Assembly: GCA_041497995.1 (NCBI GenBank)
Contig: JBGQHM010000002.1
Location: 1 to 60,569, forward strand
Length of the DNA stretch: 60,569 bases
Direction: 5' to 3'
DNA from: Candidatus Binatia bacterium
Lineage (GTDB): Bacteria; Desulfobacterota; Binatia; HRBIN30
Shown here: positions 8,599 to 18,657 of the stretch, piece by piece
How the letters are laid out: every line of letters starts with the position of its first letter
Numbering within the stretch: the first letter of the stretch is position 1
Position numbers and translations under genes: made by a program
The notes under the pieces: model-generated
What the model was told of the DNA's origin: nothing
Seen by the model: the letters and a program-made list of their open reading frames with translations, nothing else
Databases searched by the model: none

Positions 8599-10892
8599 TG
8601 GTGCGGTCCGACGCGCCGCAGAGCCTCTCGCCAGACTCAATGTACATTCCTTTGCGTTACAAAGTACGCACGGTCGCGCAAGTCACCGCTGGACTCTGGT
8701 ACAGCATCCGGGGTCAGAGCGGCGCGAGGCATCGCCGCGTCGCTGCACTGCTCAATGGGCGCGGTCTGCCGCATGAGTTCTTCGGTATCGACGAGGAGCG
8801 CTCAGCCGTGATTCTGCCTGAAGAAGAGCGCGTGCGGATCATTAGCGAGGCAGAGGATGCCGCCCACGGACGAATACGTGTTGTGGGACTCGGCCCCGTC
8901 GAATGTGGCAACCCTGTGGATTGGCACCGAGATCCCATCACGGGACGTCGGTTCCCCGCCGGAGTGTTTGATTCCGGTCGCGATGGTGCCGTCGACTGGA
9001 GGTTCTGCGATGAGATCAACTTGCACCGGCATCTGTACGTCCTTGGGCAAGCCTACTATCTCACCGGTGATACCCGTTTTGCGGAAGCGGCCATTGTTCA
9101 GGTCGCTTCTTGGTTGCAAGCAAATCCACCAATTTTGGATCGCTACTGGCACAGCCCTCTTCAATGTGCAGTCCGGGTTGTCGCTTGGGTCTGGCTGCTC
9201 TTCCTCATACGGCGGGCGCTGATTTTGGAACAACAGGCGCTGCTCGTCGATGCGATTCGAGAGCATGGGCGGTTCATCGAGAAGCATTCGGAAGCCGGAA
9301 CCTACAACCACTTGATCGGCGAATGGACGGCGTTGGCCATGATCGGCATGACAATACCGTGCTTGCCGGAAGCTCAACGCTGGCGTAACCGGGGGCTAGA
9401 CATCCTGGCGCAAGAGACCGCACGCCAGTTCGGCCGCGAAGGTGGGCATCGGGAGCAGTCCATCGGCTATCACCTATTCGTTTTAGACGCGTACACGCAC
9501 ATCGCGCTGCTCGGACGCCAAAGTGGACTCGAAATTGACTCGCGTGTTACCCACATGCTTGAGCGGATGTACGAGTTTGTGATGTTCCTGACGCGACCCG
9601 ACGGTACGCTACCAAGCATGGGCGACGAAGGACTGCGCTGGCATGCACTCTCGGGCGCTCCTCTCCGAGATGCGCGCCGGCTGTTGCCCATGGGCGCAGC
9701 CCTTTTCGGACGGCCAGACATGAAGTGGCTTGCCGGAACCTCAGGCTCAGATTCGGTGTGGCTGCTCGACGGAACGCAGCGTCAGCGATTCGAAGAAATC
9801 CCAGCGCAGCCGCCCGCCTTCAATTCGTGCAGTCTCTCAGACGCCGGTATCGTGGTGCTGCGCAACGGGTGGGGAGCAGCTGATGATTATCTGATGGTTG
9901 ATGTCGGAAGACAGGGTGTCGATCAGGGAGGGCACAGTCACGCCGATGCGCTGAACGTCGACATAGTTGCTGCTGGCGCGCCCCTTGTTTTGGATGCTGG
10001 GACGTACACGTATAGTCCCCAGACGGGCTGGCGTGATTATTTTCGTGGTACGGCTGCGCACAACACCGTCATGGTGGATGGCGTCGATCAGGCCGAACCG
10101 CGGCCGTCGCAGCCGTTCGGGTGGACCCATCTGGCAAATGGTCGTCTACGCAGTTGGTGTGATGGTACACGGCTTGTCTTCTGTGACACTGAACATGACG
10201 GTTATGGGCGTCTCGCGCAGCCGGTCTCGCACCGGCGTCTACTATTTTGGCCGCGAGATTTCTATTGGCTGATCTGCGACGTCATAACCGGCGCCGGCTT
10301 GCACCGTTGCGAGAACTTCTGGCACTTTCCAGCGACAATGGCCGAGTGGGGAGGGGACGAACCGGGTTGTACAGTCGGCGGTGACGCGCAGCGCCTCAGA
10401 ATCGTGCCGCTGCTTGAGGACGGAGTCGATGCAAAACTGATCTGCGGATCGACCGAACCGTATCAAGGCTGGGTATCGTCCGAATACGGCCACAAAGCAC
10501 CGGCGCCAGTGCTGATCTGTGAGCGCACGGGCGCCTTGCCGACTCTTTTTGCAACCGTCCTCGCGCCGCTTCGATGCGCGACGACACCCAAAGTTGCCAT
10601 CGCGCGATTGGATGTGCGCAGAGGTGCATCCCTGTTGAGCTCAGCAGAGGGAGGTTGTATCCGCGTCGTCTTGGAGAATGACATCGTCGACTACTTCCTG
10701 TGGTCTGACGCTCCAGGTGCCGTTGAGGCCGGACCGATCACTAGCGACGGACACGTCGCATTCTTACGAGTTTCTCATGGAGTGCCGACGAGCGGTGTTT
10801 GCCTCGGGGGAAGCGTCCTACTCTGGTTTGGTCAAGAAGTCCCAACCAGTGAACTAGCCGACATCGACATTTTCAAAGAGGGAGCAGGGTAG
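8598..10892 (+). CDS. Heparinase II/III-like protein (polysaccharide lyase fold)
   Basis: TGATG overlap. Motifs DWHRDP, WLQANP, YNHLIGE, EQSIGYH, GHSHADAL, DAGTYTY, YFRGTAAHNT and HDGY. No obvious signal peptide. Confidence 0.85.
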   Translation: MVRSDAPQSLSPDSMYIPLRYKVRTVAQVTAGLWYSIRGQSGARHRRVAALLNGRGLPHEFFGIDEERSAVILPEEERVRIISEAEDAAHGRIRVVGLGPVECGNPVDWHRDPITGRRFPAGVFDSGRDGAVDWRFCDEINLHRHLYVLGQAYYLTGDTRFAEAAIVQVASWLQANPPILDRYWHSPLQCAVRVVAWVWLLFLIRRALILEQQALLVDAIREHGRFIEKHSEAGTYNHLIGEWTALAMIGMTIPCLPEAQRWRNRGLDILAQETARQFGREGGHREQSIGYHLFVLDAYTHIALLGRQSGLEIDSRVTHMLERMYEFVMFLTRPDGTLPSMGDEGLRWHALSGAPLRDARRLLPMGAALFGRPDMKWLAGTSGSDSVWLLDGTQRQRFEEIPAQPPAFNSCSLSDAGIVVLRNGWGAADDYLMVDVGRQGVDQGGHSHADALNVDIVAAGAPLVLDAGTYTYSPQTGWRDYFRGTAAHNTVMVDGVDQAEPRPSQPFGWTHLANGRLRSWCDGTRLVFCDTEHDGYGRLAQPVSHRRLLFWPRDFYWLICDVITGAGLHRCENFWHFPATMAEWGGDEPGCTVGGDAQRLRIVPLLEDGVDAKLICGSTEPYQGWVSSEYGHKAPAPVLICERTGALPTLFATVLAPLRCATTPKVAIARLDVRRGASLLSSAEGGCIRVVLENDIVDYFLWSDAPGAVEAGPITSDGHVAFLRVSHGVPTSGVCLGGSVLLWFGQEVPTSELADIDIFKEGAG

Positions 10893-10900
10893 GTGTGCGG

Positions 10901-11539
10901 ATGCTGAACAAAATCAGAAGCCTCTTGCGGCCGGATGCACTTGCGGAAGGCCAACAGGCGGCTGAATTTTACGACCGCGTCTTTGAAGATAACCCGCTAC
11001 AGCGGGGTCACTACACAGCTTCTCCGTACTATTTTCTGTGGACTGTAATTGTCGATCGATTGCGGAATTCGCTGCGAAGAGGGGTGTTGGAGGTGGGGTG
11101 TGGTGCCGGGCAGCTTGCGCATACCCTTGACGACGCGGGAATCGTTGAACGGTACTGTGGTTTCGATTTCAGCGCAGCCCGCGTTGAACACGCGCGGCGC
11201 AATTGCCCGCGATTTCGTTTCGAGGTCGCGGACGCCCTCGAAACGGACCTCTATCGTACTGTCGACTACGACGCGGTCATTGCGACCGAATTTCTGGAGC
11301 ACGTGAGCGCAGACCTGCAGGTCATCGAATCGATTCGGCCGGGCACGTATTTCCTCGGTACAGTTCCCAATTTTCCCTATGTGTCGCACGTCCGGCACTT
11401 TGCCGATCGCTCTGAGGTCGCCCGCAGATACGCGCATCAATTTGAACGTTTCCGGGTGGACGAGTTCTCGGCAAATGATAGGGGCAAGCGATTTTTTCTT
11501 TTGGAAGGCATAAGAGCCCCCCAATCGGGGACGAAATGA
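10901..11539 (+). CDS. Class I SAM-dependent methyltransferase
   Basis: VLEVGCGAG motif I, GFDFS, and EFLEHV. Start may be GTG 10895. Confidence 0.85.
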   Translation: MLNKIRSLLRPDALAEGQQAAEFYDRVFEDNPLQRGHYTASPYYFLWTVIVDRLRNSLRRGVLEVGCGAGQLAHTLDDAGIVERYCGFDFSAARVEHARRNCPRFRFEVADALETDLYRTVDYDAVIATEFLEHVSADLQVIESIRPGTYFLGTVPNFPYVSHVRHFADRSEVARRYAHQFERFRVDEFSANDRGKRFFLLEGIRAPQSGTK

Positions 11540-11694
11540 GCGATGGAAGCGCACAATGACATGCGCGTCGGAAGCGCCGTGCTACGAAGACGCGCCGCAC
11601 CGTCTATCGGTGCGTACGTACGCGAGACGCGACTATGCTGGCGCGGCGAGGATCTATCAGCGGCGACAAGCATGGCCCAGCTGAGGCCGATTGC

Positions 11695-12729
11695 ATGAAG
11701 GCGGCAATGGAGCATGCGCTGTGCCGCGCCGCGTACCATTCGGGGCTGCTCGACGTGGCTACGCGGCTCATCGAACCCCCCGCGCGGCGCAGCTCGGAGG
11801 GAACGTTCCAGATTCTGATCTATCACCGGGTGGCTGCGGCCAGCGATCCATTTCTTCCCGCACTGCCCGTCGCAGCGTTCGAGCGTTATCTGATCTACCT
11901 CCGCCGCCGCTTTCGCGTCCTCTCGCTCACCGACCTGCTCGCAGCCGCGGAAGAGCGACGCATCCCAGGGCGGGCAATCGCCATCACGTTCGATGACGGC
12001 TACGAGGACATATACCGCTACGCCTTCCCGATTCTTCGCCGCTACGGCATTCCCGCAACCATCTTTCTCACAACGGGCCTCATGGATACCGATGCTCCGA
12101 TGTGGAACGACGCGATCGGGACGGCCATCCGCGACACCAGCTCTGCGCTCCTCGATGGCGTCCCGGGGTGCGAGCCGCTGCCATTGACCACGACAGCCCA
12201 GCGTCTTCACGCGCTGGATCGAACCTTGAAGACGTTGAAGGTATATCCACCTTCCGAGCGAGCCGAACTGACCCATCAGATTGGTCGCACGCTGAAGGTC
12301 TCCGTTGACAGCGGCCCGCACCTGCTTCGTTGGAGACAGGTCGGTGAGATGCATTCGCATGGTGTGGAGTTCGGTGCGCATACGGTCAGTCACCCGATTT
12401 TGACGTCGATCTCGGAACAACAGGCGGAGGTCGAGATCAACGAATCGAAGCGCTGCATCGAAGCACGGCTGCAGAGTCCGATCAAACACTTCGCTTATCC
12501 CAATGGCACGCCGCGCGACTTCGATGAAACGACGAAACGACTGGTGAAGAACGCAGGCTTCTCGACCGCGGTTTCCACCATCTTCGGGACGAACACTGCT
12601 GCCACCGATCGCTACGAACTGCGCCGCGGCGGGCCTTGGGAGGAGGATACAAGCGTATTCGCCACTAAGCTGTGGTGGTATCGATGGAGAGGAAATCCCA
12701 TTCCCATCCGAGCTCAGAAGGATGGCTGA
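11695..12729 (+). CDS. Polysaccharide deacetylase (CE4/NodB-like)
   Basis: ILIYHRV, ITFDDGY, GAHTVSHP and FAYPNG motifs. Start is uncertain (11635 or 11695). Confidence 0.9.
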   Translation: MKAAMEHALCRAAYHSGLLDVATRLIEPPARRSSEGTFQILIYHRVAAASDPFLPALPVAAFERYLIYLRRRFRVLSLTDLLAAAEERRIPGRAIAITFDDGYEDIYRYAFPILRRYGIPATIFLTTGLMDTDAPMWNDAIGTAIRDTSSALLDGVPGCEPLPLTTTAQRLHALDRTLKTLKVYPPSERAELTHQIGRTLKVSVDSGPHLLRWRQVGEMHSHGVEFGAHTVSHPILTSISEQQAEVEINESKRCIEARLQSPIKHFAYPNGTPRDFDETTKRLVKNAGFSTAVSTIFGTNTAATDRYELRRGGPWEEDTSVFATKLWWYRWRGNPIPIRAQKDG

Positions 12730-14050
12730 CCTTAGCCCCTCACAGGCCATGCTGCATATAAAATCGCGACGCCTGCTGATGATCACCTTCCACTATCCGC
12801 CGAGCAACAGCAGCAGCGGCGGGCTGCGCCCGCTGAAGTTCGGAAAGTATCTTGCGGAGCTCGGCTGGGAAAGTAGTGTGCTCACGGTCCCGACGCAGTG
12901 TCACGAGTCGGTGGACGCGGCGCTCTTGCGAGAGATTCCCCAGTCGGTTCGGGTGCACCACGCGTCTTGCTTCGATACCAAGAAGAAGCTCTCGATTGCC
13001 GGCAAGTACCCTGGCTTCCTTGCTGTGCCTGATCGCTTTGTGTCCTGGTTGCCCTTCGGTGTTTGGACGGCACTACGTGCTATCCGTCGCGAAGGCATCA
13101 CGGCTCTGTACTCGACGAGCCCTGTTCCTACGGCGCATCTCATTGCTCTGACGGTGAAGAGGATGACCGGGCTGCCATGGGTCGCCGACTTCCGTGATCC
13201 GTGGGTCGAGACCGAAGGCAGCGAAGTGTACGGTCCGCTGCGCCAGCGCTTCGAGCTGTGGCTGGAGCGCCGAGTGGTCATTGGTGCCGACCGCGTTGTG
13301 GTGACCACCCCTGAGTTCAAGCAGTACTTGCTTCACCGCTATGGCCGGAGCATCGGCGACAAGATCTGTGTCGTCTACAATGGATACGACGAAGAGGACC
13401 TACAGGACTTGACGCCCGAAACCGATGACCCGGAGCGGTTTACGCTCCTGCATGCCGGGCTGCTCGATCCGCACTACCGGAACCCCTTGCCGATCTTACA
13501 TGCCCTGCGCCAGTGCCTCGACGGCGCGTCGCTCCCGGCCGACACTCGCGTGACGTTCATTGGCGGCGGCACTTACGCGGACCAGGTTCTGCCCGGGGCG
13601 GTCGGCGAGCTTCGGCTGACGCCTAACGTAGAGGTCGTTGGCCGAATGCCGTATCGCCGGGCGCTGGCGAGGCAAGCGGGGGCTTCGGCTCTGCTGCTGA
13701 TGCAAGGCGGCGATGATACCTGGATGCTGATCCCGGCGAAGGCGTTCGAGTACCTGCGCACCGGCCGGCTGATCCTGACAACCGCGCCGGCGGATAGTGC
13801 CACGGGGCGACTCGTAAGGGAGTTCGATGGCACTTTCCTCGCGTCTCCCGATGATCCAAAAGATATCGCACGTAGCTTGACGGCGCTGTATCAGGTCTGG
13901 AGTCAGGGGGTACGTCACGTCAAGCGCGACAGCGTCGCCCGCTTGAATCGCCGAGCCACTGCGGCCGAGCTTGCATCAATTTTGGACGCTATGACGAACG
14001 TCGCCGCGCCCGCGCCGAGCAGGGTCGCGGCAGCCTCCAGAGTGGAGTGA
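12722..14050 (+). CDS. GT4 glycosyltransferase
   Basis: ITFHYPP...GGLRPLKFGKYL, PWVADFRDPW, YNGYD and IPAKAFEYL. Confidence 0.85.
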   Translation: MADLSPSQAMLHIKSRRLLMITFHYPPSNSSSGGLRPLKFGKYLAELGWESSVLTVPTQCHESVDAALLREIPQSVRVHHASCFDTKKKLSIAGKYPGFLAVPDRFVSWLPFGVWTALRAIRREGITALYSTSPVPTAHLIALTVKRMTGLPWVADFRDPWVETEGSEVYGPLRQRFELWLERRVVIGADRVVVTTPEFKQYLLHRYGRSIGDKICVVYNGYDEEDLQDLTPETDDPERFTLLHAGLLDPHYRNPLPILHALRQCLDGASLPADTRVTFIGGGTYADQVLPGAVGELRLTPNVEVVGRMPYRRALARQAGASALLLMQGGDDTWMLIPAKAFEYLRTGRLILTTAPADSATGRLVREFDGTFLASPDDPKDIARSLTALYQVWSQGVRHVKRDSVARLNRRATAAELASILDAMTNVAAPAPSRVAAASRVE

Positions 14051-15228
14051 TGCGGGTCCTGCACATCATGGATAGTCTCGGCGTTGGTGGTACCGAGATG
14101 GGAGTTGCAAACATCGTCGAGCGCACGCGCGACAGGATCGACCACGTGCTCTGCTGCGTCCGGCACGACGGTGCCATTGCGGATCGATTGCGTGCAGGGG
14201 GAACCGAGGTGATTGTCGTCGGGAAGGCTGAGGGGAATGACTGGCGCCTACCGCTGCGCCTGGCCCGCATCTGCCGCCAGGTCTCTCCAGACATTGTCCA
14301 CACCCGCAACTGGGGCAGCATCGATGGCATCGTTGCCGCCCGGCTGGCGCGCGTCCCGGTGGTCATTCACGGAGAGCACGGTCGCGAGGCAGCTGATCCG
14401 GATGGGACGAATCGGCGCCGCAACCGCGTGCGCCGCCTACTGGCACCGCTCGTCACACGCGTGGTGACCGTGTCGGATCAGCTGCGCGATTGGCTCATCG
14501 GCCACGTCCGCATTCCCAGCCGGAAGGTGGTTGTCCTACGAAACGGGGTGGATGTGGAACGTTTTCGGTGCCGCTCTGATTGTGAACGTCTGCGTGCGAG
14601 GCACGGCTTCTCAGCGACCGACTTGATTGTTGGGACCGTCGGCAGGATAGATCCGGTCAAGGATCAGGCCGCGTTGCTCGATACTCTGGAGGTGCTGTCG
14701 AAAGACCATCCGAAGCTCCGCATCTTGATCGTTGGTGATGGGCCCGAGCATCCCAGGCTAGAGCGCGAGATCGCCGCGCGCGGGCTCGGCGGCCAAGCGC
14801 ACTTGTCAGGTTTCCGGGAAGACGTTCCGGAGATGCTGAGCCTGATGGATGTCTTCGTGCTGCCGTCGGTCGGAGAAGGGATGTGCAACACGATTCTCGA
14901 GGCGATGGCCATCGGGCTACCGGTCATCGCCACAGCCGTGGGCGGTAACCCGGAGCTGGTGACAGACGGTGTGACCGGAGTGCTCGTCCCAGCGCGCGAC
15001 CGACACGCTCTAGCGGCGGCAATCGCGCGCTATGCGACCGACGCCGAGACACGCCGGCGGCACGGTAGTGCAGGCCAGGAGCGGGTCTTGCGCGAGTTTA
15101 CCCTGCGCGCCATGGTCGAGCGGTATCTCTCGCTGTACGAATACGAAGGTGCTCGCAAGCGGCGGGGGGTCGCCGCGCCAGCGGTGGCGCAGGCCGATCT
15201 CGTTGGAACGACGCCGCGGACTCCTTGA
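14050..15228 (+). CDS. GT4 glycosyltransferase, PEP-CTERM-associated (TIGR03088-like)
   Basis: GGTE, DIVHTRNWG, IHGEHG, VGRIDPVKD, EGMCNTILEAMA and VGGNPELV. Confidence 0.88.
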   Translation: MRVLHIMDSLGVGGTEMGVANIVERTRDRIDHVLCCVRHDGAIADRLRAGGTEVIVVGKAEGNDWRLPLRLARICRQVSPDIVHTRNWGSIDGIVAARLARVPVVIHGEHGREAADPDGTNRRRNRVRRLLAPLVTRVVTVSDQLRDWLIGHVRIPSRKVVVLRNGVDVERFRCRSDCERLRARHGFSATDLIVGTVGRIDPVKDQAALLDTLEVLSKDHPKLRILIVGDGPEHPRLEREIAARGLGGQAHLSGFREDVPEMLSLMDVFVLPSVGEGMCNTILEAMAIGLPVIATAVGGNPELVTDGVTGVLVPARDRHALAAAIARYATDAETRRRHGSAGQERVLREFTLRAMVERYLSLYEYEGARKRRGVAAPAVAQADLVGTTPRTP

Positions 15229-15276
15229 TTGCGGCACGACTTGGGACCCGGACGTGATCGATAAGGCACAGCGCGC

Positions 15277-16614
15277 ATGGTGACCGTCGGCATTCGTGAC
15301 ATCGTGATTTTCGGCATCATCTTGGCGACCCTACCGTTCTGCTTCATGAACCCATTTTTTGGCGGGCTCGTGTGGACGTGGATTGCCTTCATGAACCCGC
15401 ATCGGATGGCGTGGGGCTATGCGCGATACTACATGGAGCCGGCGATGCTGGTCGGTCTGTCAACGCTGCTGGGGTTCGCGGTATCGAAGGAACCCAAGCG
15501 TCTTCCTCGGAACTTCGGGACGTATGCGCTCATCATCATGTGGGTGCTGATGACCGTCTCCACGCTGCTTGCGTTCAACACTAAGCGTGCCTTCCCGGCC
15601 TGGGAGGATCGCACGAAGATGCTCCTCATGGCGTTCGTCATCGTGGCGCTCACCAACACGCACGAGCGGTTGCGCACCCTGTTCTTGGTTACCAGTTTGT
15701 CGCTTGGCTTCTGGGGCCTAAAGGGCGGTCTCTTTGCGATCGTTACCGGTGCTCAGTTTCACTTTGTTGGCCCGGCCGCTTCCTTCATCGAGGACAACAA
15801 CGCCATGGCCCTGGCCTTGGACATGACTTTGCCGATGCTCTTCTACCTGGCCCGCGATGTCGAGCAGCGACGCCTCCAATTGCTGCTGCGCGGCCTCTTC
15901 GGTTTGACGATCTTAGCCATCGTATCGACCCAGTCGCGCGGTGGCCTTCTCGGACTGGTGGTCGTCATGGGTCTGCTGGTCCTCAAGAGCGGGCACAAAT
16001 TGGTGGCGGGTGTGCTTGTGGCTGTTGGTGCGGTTGGCATCATCGCGTTCGCCCCCCACACATGGACGCACCGCATGGAAACGATCGAGACGTACGACGA
16101 GGACGCGTCAGCCGTGTCGCGGCTCAACGCCTGGACGCTCGCGTGGCGACTCGCCCTCGCGCGCCCCGCTTTCGGGTGGGGCCCGCAGGCAATGGAGGAT
16201 AAGAGTCTGTACGATCGCTACTACCCCGAGAGCCGTTCGCGGAGCGATGTGCACAGCTCCTATTTCCAGCTGCTTTCGGAGAGCGGGTTTCCTCTCTTTC
16301 TTGTATGGATCTCTCTGCTGCTCTGGACCTTTGTGACGCTGCAGCGGCTCAGCCGCCGGGTACGTGGCAGCCCAGAGTTGCGCTGGCTGTCGGTGTACGC
16401 CGACATGCTGCCGATCAGCCTCGCCGCCTACGCGATGAGCGGCATGTTCCTGGAGATGGCTTACTTCGATTTGGTCTACCACATCCTCGGCGGTGCCATC
16501 GTTGTGAATGACCTTGCGGCACGTCTCGTTCCGGCGAACGTTCCCGTGCCGCGCCGCTCGGTCGCTACGCGTCTGGCGAACACCCCGATGGCCGATGCTC
16601 GAGCAGCATCGTGA
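15277..16614 (+). CDS. Putative O-glycosylation ligase / O-antigen ligase-like membrane protein, exosortase-A-associated (TIGR03097-like)
   Basis: FMNPHRMAWG, KGGLF, EDNN, SRGG, SAVSRLNAW, HSSYFQLLSE and multiple TM helices. Confidence 0.85.
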   Translation: MVTVGIRDIVIFGIILATLPFCFMNPFFGGLVWTWIAFMNPHRMAWGYARYYMEPAMLVGLSTLLGFAVSKEPKRLPRNFGTYALIIMWVLMTVSTLLAFNTKRAFPAWEDRTKMLLMAFVIVALTNTHERLRTLFLVTSLSLGFWGLKGGLFAIVTGAQFHFVGPAASFIEDNNAMALALDMTLPMLFYLARDVEQRRLQLLLRGLFGLTILAIVSTQSRGGLLGLVVVMGLLVLKSGHKLVAGVLVAVGAVGIIAFAPHTWTHRMETIETYDEDASAVSRLNAWTLAWRLALARPAFGWGPQAMEDKSLYDRYYPESRSRSDVHSSYFQLLSESGFPLFLVWISLLLWTFVTLQRLSRRVRGSPELRWLSVYADMLPISLAAYAMSGMFLEMAYFDLVYHILGGAIVVNDLAARLVPANVPVPRRSVATRLANTPMADARAAS

Positions 16615-16707
16615 AGGTAGTTTGAAGCTCATGCGAAGTTGCTCCTCGCAAGTGCGGCACGCACCGAGCATGCATGACGCGATGGCATCAGCACGAGGCA
16701 GCATCCT

Positions 16708-18651
16708 ATGTGCGGCATAGCTGGTATCTTCGATCGCTCTGGCGAGAGCGACCCGCGGCGTGCTGACATTCTCGCGCGCATGACGCGAACGCTTGTGCAC
16801 CGTGGCCCGGACGACGAGGGTTATCTGATCGATGGTCCGGTCGGCCTCGGCTTTCGCCGGCTCAGCATCATCGATCTGGCGGGCGGGCACCAGCCCCTCA
16901 GCAATGAAGATGGCAGCGTCTGGGTCGTGTTCAACGGTGAGATCTACAACTACCCAGACCTCACGCACGAGTTGGAGGCCAAGGGGCACGTGTTCCGGAC
17001 GCGCTCCGATACCGAGTGCATCGTGCACGCATACGAGGAGTGGGGTCCCGAGTGTGTGCAGCGCTTCCGCGGTATGTTTGCGTTTGCGGTGTGGGATCAG
17101 CGCCAGCAGCGACTGTTTTTGGCGCGCGACCGCCTCGGCAAGAAGCCCCTGTACTACGCCACGGTGGGCGACACCCTGATCTTCGGCTCGGAGATCAAGG
17201 CGCTGCTGGCCTATCCGGGCCTCGATCGGTCACTTGACCTGCAGGCTGTGAGCGACTTCCTGTCCCTCCTGTTCATTCCGGCGCCGAAGAGTATTTTTCA
17301 GCACGTACGGAAGCTGCCGGCGGCGCACTATCTCGTGGCGGGACGCCGTGGCGTCAGCGTGCATCGCTATTGGGACGTCAGCTTTGCTGCGACGGAGCCA
17401 CCGCTGAGCCGGCCTGCTGAGCGCTTGGCGGAGATCCTGCACGAGGCCGTTCGCATCCGCCTGCGTAGCGATGTACCGCTCGGTGCGTTCCTGAGCGGAG
17501 GCCTCGACTCGTCGGCGGTGGTCGGCTTCATGAGCCGAGAGCTGAAGACGCCCGTGGTCACTTCGTCGATTGGTTTCAGCGAGGCTGCCTTCAACGAGCT
17601 TCCCTACGCCCGCGAGGTCGCCGGGCGCTTTCAGACCAATCACCACGAGCACATGGTGGCGCCGGATGCTCTCGAGGTGCTGGAGCGGCTGGTGTGGCAC
17701 TACGACGAACCGTTTGGGGACTCCTCGGCGGTGCCCACGTACTACGTGTCGAAGCTGGCGCGCACGCACGTCACCGTTGCCCTCTCTGGTGACGGCGGCG
17801 ACGAAAACTTTGCGGGCTACCGGCGATACCGGTTCGATGTCCGCGAGAACGCGGTGCGCAACATGGTGCCGGCGAGTCTACGCCGCCCGGTCTTCGGCTT
17901 GGTCGGTGCCCTCTATCCCAAGGCGGACTACCTGCCGCAGATCTTCCGCGGCAAGGCATTCATCAGCAACGTCGCCCGGACTCCCTGGGAAGCCTACTTC
18001 TATTCGATGAGCTGTATCCATGAAGAGGACGTGCTTCAGCTCCTGAGCGGGGATACGCGGGCGGCGCTCGATGGGTACCGCAGTGCGAACGTCTTCGAGG
18101 AGCTGTACCATGCGGCAGACGGGCCCGATTCGTTGTCGCGGGCTCAGTACATCGACTTCAAGACCTACCTACCCGAGGATATCCTCGCCAAGGTCGACCG
18201 GGCCAGCATGGCCGTGTCGCTCGAAGTCCGCTGCCCGCTGCTGGATCACCACGTGGTCGAGTACGCGGCGTCGCTCCCATCGCACCTGAAGCTGCACGGG
18301 ACACGCAGTAAGCTCATCTTCAAGGAAGCCATCCGTGGGTTGTTGCCTGAGTCCACCATGACACGCTCGAAGATGGGCTTTGCCGTTCCCATCGGCGCGT
18401 GGCTGCGCACCGACTTGCAGCCGCTCGTCAGAGACTATGTCCTCGACTCCGGCACGCGACACCCATTATTCGAGCCGGTCGTGTTGCAGAAGTGGTGGCG
18501 CGAGCACGCGTCGGGTTTGCGTGACCGGACCACCGAGTTGTGGGGCATTCTGATGTTCAACATGTGGTACGATCGGTTCGTGCGCACTGCGGAAACGAAC
18601 ATGGCGTGTGAGTCGGCGGTCTCGCCCGACGCCGTCGGCGGGATGCGCTAG
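16708..18651 (+). CDS. asnB: Asparagine synthase (glutamine-hydrolysing)-type polysaccharide amidotransferase
   Basis: MCGIAG, HRGPD, RRLSIID, FNGEIYN, FLSGGLDSS, SGDGGDE and KVDRASMAVSLEVR. Confidence 0.92.
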   Translation: MCGIAGIFDRSGESDPRRADILARMTRTLVHRGPDDEGYLIDGPVGLGFRRLSIIDLAGGHQPLSNEDGSVWVVFNGEIYNYPDLTHELEAKGHVFRTRSDTECIVHAYEEWGPECVQRFRGMFAFAVWDQRQQRLFLARDRLGKKPLYYATVGDTLIFGSEIKALLAYPGLDRSLDLQAVSDFLSLLFIPAPKSIFQHVRKLPAAHYLVAGRRGVSVHRYWDVSFAATEPPLSRPAERLAEILHEAVRIRLRSDVPLGAFLSGGLDSSAVVGFMSRELKTPVVTSSIGFSEAAFNELPYAREVAGRFQTNHHEHMVAPDALEVLERLVWHYDEPFGDSSAVPTYYVSKLARTHVTVALSGDGGDENFAGYRRYRFDVRENAVRNMVPASLRRPVFGLVGALYPKADYLPQIFRGKAFISNVARTPWEAYFYSMSCIHEEDVLQLLSGDTRAALDGYRSANVFEELYHAADGPDSLSRAQYIDFKTYLPEDILAKVDRASMAVSLEVRCPLLDHHVVEYAASLPSHLKLHGTRSKLIFKEAIRGLLPESTMTRSKMGFAVPIGAWLRTDLQPLVRDYVLDSGTRHPLFEPVVLQKWWREHASGLRDRTTELWGILMFNMWYDRFVRTAETNMACESAVSPDAVGGMR

Positions 18652-18657
18652 GGTAGG

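Noticed and set aside
16655-16670. Sigma-54 promoter (CGGCACGCACCGAGCA) upstream of asnB
   Set aside because: The GG-N10-GC spacing fits, but the TT before GC and the leading T are missing. Other candidates near 47032 (N9) and 56926 (N11) have the wrong spacing.
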